This document shows positions 17,561 through 28,652 of a stretch of DNA of 64,000 bases, piece by piece (the first letter of the stretch is position 1; each line of letters starts with the position of its first letter). The notes beneath the pieces are model-generated. The model was not told the DNA's origin. It searched no databases and saw only the letters and a program-made list of their open reading frames with translations. A program made the position numbers and the translations under genes. Source of the DNA: Halodesulfurarchaeum sp. GTDB lineage: Archaea > Halobacteriota > Halobacteria > Halobacteriales > Halobacteriaceae. Where the stretch lies: assembly GCA_034520565.1 (NCBI GenBank), contig JAXHNL010000002.1:832001-896000 (forward strand), given 5' to 3'.

Positions 17561-18334
17561 CTACCCGTTCACCCGCTTTGCTTCCCGCTCGGTTAGCGTT
17601 CGGAACGCCCGGAGCAAGCCGAGAATTCCGACTGTCAGTGTTGCAGGGACCAGCCCGGACGTAACATAAAAGATCAGTACGCCGGTCGATTTCACCGCGG
17701 TGACGACGATCGTCCCCAGTTTCCAGCCGAGATACCCGGCCAAGGTGTTTTTGTTCGCCTGCGAGTCACCGAAGCGATCCTTGATGTTTCGGGATTCCAC
17801 TCCCGCGCCGGTAATGAGAAGCCACGCGAGAAAGGGGAACAGCAGAACCTGATCGAGGCGCTGTCCAGTGGAAATGACGACTGTGAAAACGATCACAAAC
17901 GCCCAGGTCGCCCCGACCGCAACCGAGTCGAAGGTTGGCTGTCGTTTGAGGCGATTATAGAGCCCAAGGACGACCAACGGAAGTTGCCCGGCGGCGATGT
18001 ACCACAGTCCCGCACTCGGGTTTCGTGCCACGAGCCATCCCAACAGTGTCTCGTAGCCGAGCAGGGCGAGGAGACCCGTAACAAGAAGTTCTCGCTGATA
18101 CCGCCGGACCAACGTCGTCCGGTATGGGTGGTTGTAGACGTCCTCCGGTTCGACGACGCGACGTTCCTCGACGTACACGAAATAGACAAGGAGCGGTGCC
18201 AAAAAGAACCCGAGACCCGGAGAGAGCGGCGGCTGGGAGAGGGCCATCGCCGTCACAACCACCATGAGAACGGCGGTGAATGCGAGCCAAATGTTCAATT
18301 GAAAGAAAAGTGACTTTGTTTCGACGAGATCCAT
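17561..18334 (-). CDS. UbiA-family prenyltransferase-like membrane protein
   Basis: Multi-TM; degenerate first motif YVEERR…EDVYNHPYR and second motif NIKDRFGD…TL. Confidence 0.7.
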   Translation of the reverse strand: MDLVETKSLFFQLNIWLAFTAVLMVVVTAMALSQPPLSPGLGFFLAPLLVYFVYVEERRVVEPEDVYNHPYRTTLVRRYQRELLVTGLLALLGYETLLGWLVARNPSAGLWYIAAGQLPLVVLGLYNRLKRQPTFDSVAVGATWAFVIVFTVVISTGQRLDQVLLFPFLAWLLITGAGVESRNIKDRFGDSQANKNTLAGYLGWKLGTIVVTAVKSTGVLIFYVTSGLVPATLTVGILGLLRAFRTLTEREAKRVNG

Positions 18335-18414
18335 ATCCCAGTCGTGTATTGTCGTATTCCGTCATAGTAGCTCCGACCGATCATAGCTGGGTGACCGCCC
18401 GTTCGGTATCCCTT

Positions 18415-20070
18415 CTAGCCGGCTCTTTGCAACCGGATTTCGATCCGGGTCCCGTCTTCGGTCTCTTCGACGTGGAAATCGCCGCCCGACCGAGAGACGA
18501 TCCATTGAACCAACCACAGACCGATCCCGGAACTGTGTTCGAGGTCGGTCTCTTCGCCAGACTGGAGCACTTCGATTTCCTCGCTCGGGAGGCCGGGGCC
18601 GTTGTCTTCGATGAGAAGTGTCACGGATGTCTCGGTGAGCTCGGTGGTCAGTGACACTTCCGGGGTGCCGGGACCCGCATAATGGGTCACCGCATTGTCG
18701 ATCAACTCCCGGATCGCGAGTCGGAAATCCGGATGAACGAGGACTTCGGCGTCCGTAACATCGGCCGAAATCCACGTCGTTTCGGCCCCTTCGAACCCGT
18801 CCCTGGCGTCGGCGATCAACTCCCGTAGTGACCGGGTGACGGTCGTTTCGTTTCCGATTACCGCTTCGATCTGCTGGGCCTTTTCCGAATGTTCCACGAC
18901 GTCCAGGGCCGTGTCGCCGATTTTCTCCGCCCAGTCGTCGATTTCGTCGTTCGTCGTCGTTTCCCGGATGAATTCGGTGTACCCGGCGATCACGTTGAGA
19001 TCGTTCCGGATGTTGTGTCGGAGGATTCGCGAGAGGATCTGTTTGAGCAGGTCTAACTCCTCTTCGCGTTCCTTCAGCGCGGTAATCTCGTTGAAGACGA
19101 CCAGCCGCCCGTCGAGACCCCGTCCGTATTCGATCGGGGCCGATCGCCTCGCGAACACGTGTTCTTTGTCTTCGGTTCGGACGCGGATGACCTGTTCATC
19201 ATCGTCCTTCGTGACGGCTTGATTCAGGAAGAGCGATTCGATCGGTTGTCCGAGTATCGCCTCACCGAAGACCGTCCTGGCCGCCGTGTTGCTATCGACA
19301 ATCACGTCGCGTGGGTCGAGGACGAAAATCGCATCCGTAACTTCTTCGAAGGTCTGGTCACGGGCGATCGGTCCGAGTTTCAGGAGTCCACCACGGTGAA
19401 TCGATGCCGCAAAGAACAGTCCTGACAGGGCGAAGACCGCCGGGGTCGGATCGAAGTAAACCGGGACCTGTCCGGTTACCTTGATGATCGTTGCCGCGAC
19501 CATCGACGACAGAAACGCGAGGATGTACAGGGCCTGACGACGGTGTGTCCCCGTGGATTGTATCGTGTCACCCACTAACATCCCCGCGGCAAACATGACG
19601 AGGAGATACCCATAGACCTTGACGATGGCGACCTTGACCGGCCCGCCCAGATTTGGGAAGGAAAGAAACCCGTTCGGATCGACCGTATACGCCTCGGTAA
19701 ACACCAGGTTCGCGGGATTGAACCACGACAATACGAACAGTGCCACCACGGGTGCGAACAGGAGCAGCGCAACCCGACTCGTGACCGTCTTTTTGAACAC
19801 GAACTCGTACGCGCCGAAAAACACGCTGACCGATGCCGCCGGGATAAGTGGCCAGAAGAAATTCCCGAGGGCCAGGGTCACCCCCGAATGTGAGACGTGG
19901 GTCATGGTCGCATAGATCGCCGCCCAGGCCCCACCGATGGCCATCGCCAGGATGAACCAGATGACACTCGGTCTCCTTCGTTCATCCCAGAGCAGAGAAA
20001 TATTCGCAATGGCTGGAACTATCCCCAGGTACATGAGAACCACCGCGAGTTGGGGAGTAAGCCATTCCAT
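18415..20070 (-). CDS. Sensor histidine kinase with N-terminal 7TM (HisKA_7TM) and PAS domain
   Basis: 7 TM segments, RHNIRNDL H-box, ELIDNAVTH N-box, DNGPG, HSSGIGLW. Confidence 0.9.
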   Translation of the reverse strand: MEWLTPQLAVVLMYLGIVPAIANISLLWDERRRPSVIWFILAMAIGGAWAAIYATMTHVSHSGVTLALGNFFWPLIPAASVSVFFGAYEFVFKKTVTSRVALLLFAPVVALFVLSWFNPANLVFTEAYTVDPNGFLSFPNLGGPVKVAIVKVYGYLLVMFAAGMLVGDTIQSTGTHRRQALYILAFLSSMVAATIIKVTGQVPVYFDPTPAVFALSGLFFAASIHRGGLLKLGPIARDQTFEEVTDAIFVLDPRDVIVDSNTAARTVFGEAILGQPIESLFLNQAVTKDDDEQVIRVRTEDKEHVFARRSAPIEYGRGLDGRLVVFNEITALKEREEELDLLKQILSRILRHNIRNDLNVIAGYTEFIRETTTNDEIDDWAEKIGDTALDVVEHSEKAQQIEAVIGNETTVTRSLRELIADARDGFEGAETTWISADVTDAEVLVHPDFRLAIRELIDNAVTHYAGPGTPEVSLTTELTETSVTLLIEDNGPGLPSEEIEVLQSGEETDLEHSSGIGLWLVQWIVSRSGGDFHVEETEDGTRIEIRLQRAG

Positions 20071-20265
20071 CGATACCGACTGGTTCGTTCGACTTGAGTG
20101 GGTTTAGACGTTTGGATACACCCGATTTCGTTCGAGTGGTGCCCACGTCAGTTCTCCAGCAGTCAGCGTGGGTGTCGACCGGTCACGCGTTGGGTGGGCA
20201 GTTTCCCACGGGGACGTCTCCGGCGTGGTAACGGTTTTAAGGCGATCCCCCCGATACCACTCGGT

Positions 20266-21198
20266 ATGCCTGGATTCGACGAGATGGACGTCGAGACGAT
20301 CTGGATGGACGGCGACTACGTGGACTGGGAGGACGCCACCGTCCACGTCCTCACCCACGCGTTGCACTACGGGACCGGGATTTTCGAGGGCGCGCGAGCC
20401 TACGACACCGAGGAGGGGACCGCGATCTTCCGCTGGGACGCCCACCTCGACCGCCTCTTCGACTCCGCGAAGCCCTACGAACTGGACATCCCCTTCTCCC
20501 GTGAGGAACTGACCGAAGCGACCCTCGAACTGCTCCGCCGGAACGACCTCGAATCGGCCTACATTCGCCCGCTGGTCTTTTACGGCTATCACAGCCTCGG
20601 GGTGAGTCCGGCGGACTGCCCGACGAAGACGATGATCGCCACGTGGCCGTGGGGGACCTACCTCGGCGAGGAAGCCCTGCAGGAGGGCGTGGAGGTGACC
20701 GTCTCCTCGTGGCGAAAGCACGCCTCGAGTCAGGTCCCGACCAACGTCAAGACGACCGGCCTGTACGTCAATAGCATGCTCGCGGGCGAGGAGGCCCGAA
20801 AACAGGGCGCGACCGAGGCGATCCTGCTCAACAAGGAAGGTGACGTGGCGGAGGGCCCCGGGGAGAACATCTTCCTCGTCCGGGACGGGGAGATCTTCAC
20901 GCCCGGCCTCTCCGAGAGCATTCTGGAGGGGATCACTCGTGAGACGGTCATCACGCTGGCCGAGGAGCGGGGGTACACCGTCCACGACGACGCCTCGATC
21001 AGTCGGGGCGAACTCTACACGGCCGAGGAACTCTTCTTCACGGGATCCGCCGCGGAAGTCACGCCCATTAGTCAGGTGGACAACGTCGAGATCGGCACGG
21101 GCTCACGAGGACCAGTCACCGAGGAACTCCAGCAGGCCTATTTCGACCTGACCGAGCGGGTCCTCGACGACCACGAAGAGTGGTTCACCTTCGTCTGA
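20266..21198 (+). CDS. ilvE: Branched-chain amino acid aminotransferase
   Basis: HALHYGTGIFEG, YIRPL, KTTGLY, EGPGENIF, LEGITR, FTGSAAEV. Confidence 0.95.
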   Translation: MPGFDEMDVETIWMDGDYVDWEDATVHVLTHALHYGTGIFEGARAYDTEEGTAIFRWDAHLDRLFDSAKPYELDIPFSREELTEATLELLRRNDLESAYIRPLVFYGYHSLGVSPADCPTKTMIATWPWGTYLGEEALQEGVEVTVSSWRKHASSQVPTNVKTTGLYVNSMLAGEEARKQGATEAILLNKEGDVAEGPGENIFLVRDGEIFTPGLSESILEGITRETVITLAEERGYTVHDDASISRGELYTAEELFFTGSAAEVTPISQVDNVEIGTGSRGPVTEELQQAYFDLTERVLDDHEEWFTFV

Positions 21199-21235
21199 AA
21201 CCGGGGGCGAACCTGGTCGAGTCGCTTCTTCGTCT

Positions 21236-21904
21236 TCAGACGGCGTCCGGTTCGACGTCCTCGTCACCGGGCGAGTCGGCCTCGTCGCCGGCTTCTGCAT
21301 CGTCGCCGCCGGCCGACCCATCGCTTTCGAGAAACGACGCGGCGAGTTCCTTCTTCTCGTTCTCGCCGAATCCGGCCGAGAGAACCCTGGTCAGGGCCTC
21401 CTCGACGCTCTCGTCGATCTCGTCGTAGTCGTCGGATTCGAGTTCCACGACGTACCCGGTCGTGATGTTCGGCGAGGTCGGGAGAAAGAGAATGTCACGG
21501 CCGTCTTCGGTCTGTTTGCCCGTCTTGAACGCCGTCATGCGCATGCCTTCCCAGGCTTCGACCCGCACGGGGGCCTGAAGGTCGCCGGTTCCGGTCAGCG
21601 CCGTTTCGACGCCCATCTTCGAGGCGTTGTAGATGATCCGCAATCCGGGGAGCCGGTTGAACAACTGGTCGATGTACCCCTCGAGGATGGAGCCGAGGGC
21701 CGTTCGCATCAGGTAGCCAACGGCCATGACCAGGAGGGCAAAGACGAGGAGGGTCAACAGGGCACTCGCCATCGGCCCGAGCGGTTCCGTGACCGGGGTG
21801 ATACCGGCGAGCTGGGACAGCAGCCAGTAGACCACGTACACGGTCACGAGTATGGGGAGGAGGACCACCAGGCCACTCGCGAAGTCCCGTTTCCAGGTCG
21901 CCAT
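21236..21904 (-). CDS. DUF502 membrane protein
   Basis: WKRDFASGLVVLLP, FLPTSPNITTG, VLSAGF. Confidence 0.85.
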   Translation of the reverse strand: MATWKRDFASGLVVLLPILVTVYVVYWLLSQLAGITPVTEPLGPMASALLTLLVFALLVMAVGYLMRTALGSILEGYIDQLFNRLPGLRIIYNASKMGVETALTGTGDLQAPVRVEAWEGMRMTAFKTGKQTEDGRDILFLPTSPNITTGYVVELESDDYDEIDESVEEALTRVLSAGFGENEKKELAASFLESDGSAGGDDAEAGDEADSPGDEDVEPDAV

Positions 21905-22050
21905 GACCGGACTTCGGCCGGACCCACCAAGAGAACTGTGCTTTCGGCCGGATCCTCGGCCATTGGGGGCTGGGCCGGGGAGCGGGGCTCTCCGGACACC
22001 CGGAACTCGATTCGGACGGGTTTTTGTCGGTCCCCCGCCCATCGACGGGT

Positions 22051-22596
22051 ATGGACCTGGTAGTGCTGGTGGCGACGGCGTTTTGGGCGATGCTGCCCGC
22101 CTACGTCCCGAACAATGCGGCGGTGCTCGGGGGCGGCGGCCGCCCCATCGACGGTGGCCGGGTCTGGGGCGGATCGCGCCTACTCGGGGACGGGAAGACC
22201 TGGCGCGGAACCGCCGTCGGGATCGGTGCGGGAATCGCCGTCGGACTCCTTCTCGGGATCGTTCGGGAACCCGTGAGCGGGCTACTGGGGACGCCCCTCC
22301 CGGCGTTTTCGATGGGCGCGCTCGTGGCGTTGCCGACCGGGGCGATGGTGGGGGACGTCGCCGCCTCGTTTCTCAAACGTCGGACGGGTCGGACCCGTGG
22401 AACGCCGTTTCCGGGCGTCGACCAGCTGGATTTCGTCGTCGGGGCCCTAACACTTGCGGCACTCGTCGATCCGTCGTGGTTCGGAACGGTCTTCACCGTC
22501 CCGGTGATCGCGGTCGTGGTGGTGTTGACGCCGGTGTTGCACGTCGTGACGAACGCCATCGCCTATTGGCTCGGGCTGAAAGACGAGCCATGGTGA
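22051..22596 (+). CDS. carS: CDP-archaeol synthase (DUF46)
   Basis: PAYVPNNAAV…PIDGG…GDGKTWRG, GD…SFLKRR, DQLDF. Confidence 0.9.
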   Translation: MDLVVLVATAFWAMLPAYVPNNAAVLGGGGRPIDGGRVWGGSRLLGDGKTWRGTAVGIGAGIAVGLLLGIVREPVSGLLGTPLPAFSMGALVALPTGAMVGDVAASFLKRRTGRTRGTPFPGVDQLDFVVGALTLAALVDPSWFGTVFTVPVIAVVVVLTPVLHVVTNAIAYWLGLKDEPW

Positions 22597-22690
22597 GTTG
22601 GGCGAGCTGCGACTGGAAGCAAACGGGAACGAGTTTGCCGGCTGGCGAAAGGACGAACCGCTTATTCGCTTCCCACGCACACCCTGAACC

Positions 22691-23212
22691 ATGACCGAGC
22701 AGATCGTGGCAGCCCTTCGAAAGGCTGACGCCGTCCGGTACGGTGAATTCGAACTCTCACACGGCGGGACGAGTTCCTACTACGTCGATAAGTACCGCTT
22801 CGAGACCGACCCACGGGCCCTCGAAACCGTCGCCGAAGCGTTCAAGGACCGAGTGGGCACTGCGACGCTTGCTGGAGTCGCGCTGGGAGCCGTCCCGCTC
22901 GTGACTGCGACCGGCCTTGCGACGGGCAACCCATACGTGATCGTGCGCAAACAGACGAAAGGCTACGGCACGGGCAACCGGATCGAGGGACGACTCCCCG
23001 AAGACGAGCCGGTCGTCGTCCTCGAGGACGTGGCGACCACTGGCAAGAGCGCCCTTTCGGCTGTGGAGGCCCTCCGCGAGGCCGGCGCCCGGGTCGACCG
23101 GGTCCTCGTGGTCGTGGACCGGGAGGAGGGCGCGAAAGAACTGTTGGCCGATCACGAGGTAACTCTCGAATCCCTCATCACCGCGACCGACCTGCTCGAG
23201 GACCAGCAGTAG
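22691..23212 (+). CDS. pyrE: Orotate phosphoribosyltransferase
   Basis: [34 protein letters not shown]. Confidence 0.95.
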   Translation: MTEQIVAALRKADAVRYGEFELSHGGTSSYYVDKYRFETDPRALETVAEAFKDRVGTATLAGVALGAVPLVTATGLATGNPYVIVRKQTKGYGTGNRIEGRLPEDEPVVVLEDVATTGKSALSAVEALREAGARVDRVLVVVDREEGAKELLADHEVTLESLITATDLLEDQQ

Positions 23213-23295
23213 GTACGACGGCGGGCAGTCGTGCCGGTCCGAGACGCGGATCGCACCCGAGATATTCATGGTTGTGGAACAATGCATACTGAAAC

Positions 23296-24009
23296 ATGAA
23301 CCGAGCCGAGAAAGCGACGCTCCAGCTTCGGGCGCTCTCGGTCCTGCGCTCGCTGAAGGAAACCCGGACCTACGACGAACTCGCCGCGGAAACTGGGCTT
23401 CCGGCGGGTGATCTCAACCGCTACGTCAACGGACACGTCCTCCCGGGTGTGACTCGGGCGCGTCGGATCGTGGGGGAGTTCGGCCGCGAGGCCGTCGAAA
23501 CTGAACTCGCCGAGCGGGTCGAGCGAGACGCGGACGGCTACGTCGACAACTCCGCGATCGTCTTCGACCAGCCGCTACTCGACCTGGTCGGCCCGATCGT
23601 CGCCGAAGCCTTCGACTTCGAGCGCCCGGACGTGGTCCTGACCGCCGCGACGGACGGGATTACGCTTGCAGCGTCCCTCGCCAGCCATTACGGGGCCCGG
23701 TGTGTGTACGCGAAGAAGTCAAAGGAGACGGCCGTCGAGGACTTCATCGAGGCGCGAAACCGGCTCGAGTCGGGCATCGAGATCACGTATTACCTCCCGT
23801 CCTCGGCGGTCGATAGCGGCGACGCGGTCCTGGTCGTCGACGACCTGATCCGCTCGGGTGAGACCCAGGAACTCCTCCTCGACGTGGTCGAAACCGCCGG
23901 GGCGAGGGCGGTCGGCGTGTTTACCCTCATCGCGGTCGGCGAGGACGGCGTCGAGCGAGCGCGGGCGCACACGGACGCCCCGGTCGAAACGCTGGTCGAA
24001 CTGGATTGA
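23296..24009 (+). CDS. HTH-phosphoribosyltransferase fusion (PurR-like regulator / purine PRTase family)
   Basis: N-terminal HTH (TYDELAAETGLPAGDLNRYVNG) and PRPP motif VVDDLIRSGET. Confidence 0.85.
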   Translation: MNRAEKATLQLRALSVLRSLKETRTYDELAAETGLPAGDLNRYVNGHVLPGVTRARRIVGEFGREAVETELAERVERDADGYVDNSAIVFDQPLLDLVGPIVAEAFDFERPDVVLTAATDGITLAASLASHYGARCVYAKKSKETAVEDFIEARNRLESGIEITYYLPSSAVDSGDAVLVVDDLIRSGETQELLLDVVETAGARAVGVFTLIAVGEDGVERARAHTDAPVETLVELD

Positions 24010-24126
24010 GCGGCTGGTGGCACGTCGCTTGGAACTCGGTCCCCCGTGCGGGTTCGTTTCTGGAGATCCCCTCATTCGTGCATAATAATCGTTAAGTGAT
24101 CCCGAAAATCATGCTCGAACGTGGAT

Positions 24127-25563
24127 ATGGGCGTCACAGAAACACTGTCCCGATACTTCGACCTCGAGGAGCGGGGGACGAACCTCCGCACCGAGACACT
24201 CGCCGGGCTGACAACCTTCCTGACGATGAGTTACATCATCATCGTCAACCCGGCGCTTTTGAGCATCGTCATCTCCCCGGAGGGGGTTTCGGACGTTCGG
24301 GTGTTCCAGATGTTGGCCGTCGTGACCATTCTGGCCTCGGTGGCCGGGATGCTCGTGATGGCCTTCTACGCGGACCTCCCGTTCGGGCTCGCCCCGGGGA
24401 TGGGATTGAACGCGTTCTTCGTCGCGGTCGTCCTCTCGCCAACCCTGAACATCACGTGGCAGACGGCCCTCGCGGCGGTGTTCGTGGAGGGGCTCGTCTT
24501 CATTGGCCTGACGCTGGTGGGCGCCCGCGAGTACGTAATTAACCTGTTTCCCGAACCCGTCAAGCTCGGTGTCGGTGCGGGGATCGGGTTGTTCCTCGCG
24601 GCGATCGGCCTCCAGTTCATGCGGATCATCGCGATCGACCCGGACGAGATGGTTACCCTGAGTCCCGTGCTTGCACAGGACCCGGTCGCGATAATCTCGG
24701 TCCTCGGAATCTTGCTCACGTTTTATCTCTACGTTCGGGGGGTGCGGGGGTCGATCGTCCTCGGCATCATTGTGACGGGAATCATGGGCTATTTCGCCGG
24801 CGCTCTGGGGCTTCAACCGTACGGTGGCGGCCTCCCGAAGGACGGGCAGATCCTGGCCCCGAACGTGACCCTCGCTCCCGGCATCGATCAGATCACGTAC
24901 GGCATGTCCGCGTACGACATCTCGCCGCTGGTGGGTGCATTCATCGAGGGCATCCAGGGCGTCGAGGCCATCACGTTCGCCTTCGTCGTCTTCACGTTCT
25001 TCTTCGTGGACTTCTTCGACACGGCGGGAACGTTGACGGGACTCGGTCAGGAGGCCGGCTTCCTCGACGAGGACGGCGATTTCCCCGAGATGAACAAACC
25101 GCTGATGGCCGACGCCGTCGGGACGACTGTCGGTGCCGTGATCGGCACCTCGACGGTCACGACGTTCATCGAGTCGGCGACGGGCATCGAGGAGGGCGGT
25201 CGGACTGGACTCACCGCGCTCGTCATCGCACTGCTCTTCCTGCTCGCGCTGGTGTTCGTCCCGCTGGTGAGTGCGATTCCATCGTTTGCTCCATACGTCG
25301 CGCTGGTCATCGTCGCGGTCTTCATGGTCCGGAACGTCACCGACATCCAGTGGGGGGACCCGGCCCACGCCATTCCGGCGACGCTCACCATCGCGTTGAT
25401 GCCGCTCACGAGTTCGATCGCCACGGGGATCGCCGCCGGCCTGTTGAGTTATCCGATCGCCAAGGCCGCACAGGGTGAAATGCGGGACGTGCGACTGGGG
25501 CAGTGGGTGCTCGCGGCCCTGGTCGTCCTGTACTACTTCGTCCGCACGAACGCGCTGGTCTGA
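24127..25563 (+). CDS. NCS2/AzgA-family purine permease
   Basis: AGLTTFLTMSYII, APGMGLNAFF, DFFDTAGT, IESATGIEEGGRTGL. Confidence 0.92.
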   Translation: MGVTETLSRYFDLEERGTNLRTETLAGLTTFLTMSYIIIVNPALLSIVISPEGVSDVRVFQMLAVVTILASVAGMLVMAFYADLPFGLAPGMGLNAFFVAVVLSPTLNITWQTALAAVFVEGLVFIGLTLVGAREYVINLFPEPVKLGVGAGIGLFLAAIGLQFMRIIAIDPDEMVTLSPVLAQDPVAIISVLGILLTFYLYVRGVRGSIVLGIIVTGIMGYFAGALGLQPYGGGLPKDGQILAPNVTLAPGIDQITYGMSAYDISPLVGAFIEGIQGVEAITFAFVVFTFFFVDFFDTAGTLTGLGQEAGFLDEDGDFPEMNKPLMADAVGTTVGAVIGTSTVTTFIESATGIEEGGRTGLTALVIALLFLLALVFVPLVSAIPSFAPYVALVIVAVFMVRNVTDIQWGDPAHAIPATLTIALMPLTSSIATGIAAGLLSYPIAKAAQGEMRDVRLGQWVLAALVVLYYFVRTNALV

Positions 25564-25624
25564 TCGCGCCCGGTTTTTCGCGTTCGAACGAGGCTTTAAC
25601 CCCTCGCGGCTCTGCCATGCTGAT

Positions 25625-26509
25625 ATGCTGGATCGGGTGCTGGGGCGGGCCGCCCTCAAGGAGCGGATCGAGTCCCTCGAGGAGGCGGCTGCCTCCCTCG
25701 AGGCCCAACTCGAGTCCGCCCAGGAACGCCGGAAAGAAGCGGTCAGGAACCGACAGGAGGCAGAGCGCGAAGTCAACCGCCTCGAGGACCGGGTCACCGA
25801 ACTCGAAGACCGCGTTGAGCGGGCCGAATCCGGAAGCCGGGACGTCGAGTTCCGGGGAAAGACGACCCTGCGTGGCGACCGTCTCGAGGCGGTCCTCTCC
25901 CGACTCGAATCGCTCCGGACCGAGCAGGAAGGGGCCATGACGGCGATGGTCACGGGGAGCGTTCCGGACCCCGTTCGGGACCTGTTGGGGGATCGATCCG
26001 CCCTCGTTTCGCGAGCCGCGCCGGCCCTCGTCCTTGCCGACGACGCGGAACTGGTGACCGTGGCACTGCGGCCGCCCGCACCACCGGAACCGTTTCTCGA
26101 ATTCGGCCCCGCCTTTCGGATCGACCGGGCGTGGTTCCAGCCACGCGGGCGATATACGTTGGCCCTCGTTCGCTCGGATCTGTTCGCGATGGGAACCTAC
26201 GAGGACGGGCACCGGGTGTCCTTTGCGGGGTTTGAGAGCGACGTGAAGGGCGATCACTCGAAGGGCGGCTTTTCCCAGGCGCGCTTCGAGCGCCGCCGAG
26301 ACCAGCAGATCGATGACCACCTGGATCGGGTCTCCGAGGCACTGACGGACGCGGGGGAGACGCGTTACGTCGTCGGCGAATCGACCCTCTTGCCCGAGTT
26401 CGCGGCCGAAGCGACGGTCACGAAGCCCGTCGACGCCACCGGTTCGCCCCGCGAAGCTCTCGAAGACGCCCACGATCGGTTCTGGCGGACGAAGTTCTAT
26501 CGACTGTGA
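25625..26509 (+). CDS. VLRF1 (Vms1/ANKZF1-like) release-factor family protein with N-terminal coiled coil
   Basis: Coiled coil followed by SDVKGDHSKGGFSQARFERRR motif. Confidence 0.8.
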   Translation: MLDRVLGRAALKERIESLEEAAASLEAQLESAQERRKEAVRNRQEAEREVNRLEDRVTELEDRVERAESGSRDVEFRGKTTLRGDRLEAVLSRLESLRTEQEGAMTAMVTGSVPDPVRDLLGDRSALVSRAAPALVLADDAELVTVALRPPAPPEPFLEFGPAFRIDRAWFQPRGRYTLALVRSDLFAMGTYEDGHRVSFAGFESDVKGDHSKGGFSQARFERRRDQQIDDHLDRVSEALTDAGETRYVVGESTLLPEFAAEATVTKPVDATGSPREALEDAHDRFWRTKFYRL

Positions 26510-26590
26510 GTTTCAGCGGGACTTCCGGTCCCGTCAGTTTCCGGACCGGCCTCAATACACTTATGGGGGAAACACCTCCTACCACGCCCC

Positions 26591-28522
26591 ATGAGCACGG
26601 TCACGGTAACCCTTCCCGACGGTTCCGAACTCGCGGTCGAGTCCGGGGCCACGATCGAGGACGTCGCATACGAGATCGGTCCGGGTCTCGGGAGCGACAC
26701 AGTCGCCGGGAAGGTCGACGGCGAGTTGGTGGCAAAGGAGACGCCGATCGAGGACGACGTCGCGGTGGAGATCGTGACCGAGGGGAGCGAGGAGTACCTC
26801 GAGGTGCTCCGCCACACGGCCTCACACGTCTTCGCCCAGGCCCTGCAGCGCCTGTATCCGGAGGCGAAACTGGCCATCGGGCCGTCGACCGACGAGGGAT
26901 TTTACTACGACGTCGACGGCGTCGACCTCGACCAGGACGACCTCGAGGCGATCCAGGCCGAGATGGACGCGATCATCGGGGCGGATTACGACGTCGAGCG
27001 GCGGGAACTCTCGCGGGAGGAGGCCCTGGAATTCTACGGGGACAATCCCTACAAGCAGGAAATCCTCGAGGACGAGGCTGCGGGCGAGGGCCCGATTTCC
27101 TTCTACCGACAGGACGACTGGCAGGACCTCTGCAAGGGGCCACACGTGGAATCCACCAGCGAGGTCGGGGCAATCGCCCTCATCAACGTTTCCGCCGCGT
27201 ACTGGCGCGGGGACGAGAACCGGGAGACGCTGACGCGGATCTACGGGACCGCCTTCCCCACCGAGGAGGAACTCGAGGACTACCTCGAGAAGCGCGAGCA
27301 GGCAAAGGAGCGGGACCATCGCCGGCTCGGCACCGAACTCGAACTGTTCTCGATCCCCGACGTGACGGGCCCGGGGCTCCCGCTCTATCATCCGAACGGC
27401 AAGACGGTCCTCCGGGAACTCGAGCGGTTCGTGACCGAGATGAACCTCGAGGAGGGGTATGACTACACCGAGACCCCGCATCTCTTCCGGACCGAACTCT
27501 GGAAGCAGTCCGGGCACTACGACAACTACGTCGACGACATGTTCCTCCTCGAGGTCAACGACGAGGAGTACGGCCTCAAGCCGATGAACTGCCCGGGACA
27601 TGCGATGATCTTCGACCAGACGACCTGGAGCTACCGCGACCTGCCCGTGCGCTACGCCGAGGACGGCAAGGTGTATCGCAAGGAACAGCGCGGGGAACTC
27701 TCCGGGCTCTCCCGCGTCTGGGCCTTCACCATCGACGACGGGCACCTCTTCGTCCGGCCCGACCAGATCGAGGCGGAAGTCGCGACCATCGTCGACATGA
27801 TCTTCGCGGTGCTGGAAACGTTCGACCTCGAGGCCGAGGTGGCACTTGCCACGCGACCCGAGAAGTCCGTCGGCAGCGACGAGATCTGGGAGACCGCCGA
27901 GAACCAGCTCCGGGACGTGCTCGAAGATCTGGGCCTGGAATACGATCTCGAGGAGGGCGACGGTGCCTTCTACGGGCCGAAGATCGACTTCGCCTTCGAG
28001 GACGCTTTGGGGCGGACCTGGGACGGGCCGACGGTCCAACTGGACTTCAACATGCCCGAGCGCTTCGATCTGACCTACACCGGAGCCGACAACGAGGACC
28101 ACCGGCCGGTCATGATCCACCGGGCGCTCTACGGCAGTTACGAGCGCTTTTTCATGGTGCTCATCGAGCACTTCGACGGCAAGTTCCCGCTCTGGCTCGC
28201 CCCCGAGCAGGTTCGTATCCTCCCCGTTTCGGACGACAACCTCGAGTACGCCCGCTCGGTCGCCGACGAACTCGCCACCCGGGACTTCCGGGTCGAGGTC
28301 GAGGACCGGGACTGGACGGTCGGGAAGAAGATCCAGCAGACCCACGAGGACCGTGTGCCCTATATGCTGGTTCTCGGGGACAACGAGGAGGAGGCCGGTG
28401 ACATCTCGGTGCGCGATCGCGAGGAGCGGGAGCGCAAGGAGGTCGAACTCGATTCCTTCCTCGAACACCTCGAGGGCGAACGCGAGGAAAAGCGGATCAA
28501 ACCGGACTTCCTGGCGGGGTAA
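26591..28522 (+). CDS. thrS: Threonine--tRNA ligase (bacterial type)
   Basis: TGS domain, RHTASH and DLCKGPH editing site, [22 protein letters not shown]. Confidence 0.97.
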   Translation: MSTVTVTLPDGSELAVESGATIEDVAYEIGPGLGSDTVAGKVDGELVAKETPIEDDVAVEIVTEGSEEYLEVLRHTASHVFAQALQRLYPEAKLAIGPSTDEGFYYDVDGVDLDQDDLEAIQAEMDAIIGADYDVERRELSREEALEFYGDNPYKQEILEDEAAGEGPISFYRQDDWQDLCKGPHVESTSEVGAIALINVSAAYWRGDENRETLTRIYGTAFPTEEELEDYLEKREQAKERDHRRLGTELELFSIPDVTGPGLPLYHPNGKTVLRELERFVTEMNLEEGYDYTETPHLFRTELWKQSGHYDNYVDDMFLLEVNDEEYGLKPMNCPGHAMIFDQTTWSYRDLPVRYAEDGKVYRKEQRGELSGLSRVWAFTIDDGHLFVRPDQIEAEVATIVDMIFAVLETFDLEAEVALATRPEKSVGSDEIWETAENQLRDVLEDLGLEYDLEEGDGAFYGPKIDFAFEDALGRTWDGPTVQLDFNMPERFDLTYTGADNEDHRPVMIHRALYGSYERFFMVLIEHFDGKFPLWLAPEQVRILPVSDDNLEYARSVADELATRDFRVEVEDRDWTVGKKIQQTHEDRVPYMLVLGDNEEEAGDISVRDREERERKEVELDSFLEHLEGEREEKRIKPDFLAG

Positions 28523-28652
28523 CGCCTCGAAATTCTGACGGGGGAACGGGAATCCAACGGTCTGATTCGTCCACGATAGATTTTGCGGGCGTTTCCGAGC
28601 TATTTCACCCGCTGGCACAGCGTTTTAGCCCTTTAGGACGGAACGGAACGGG

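Noticed and set aside
23260-24125. Possible shared operator upstream of the PurR-like gene and the NCS2 permease (ATTCATG/ATTCGTG)
   Set aside because: Match is too short and not clearly palindromic to support from this window alone
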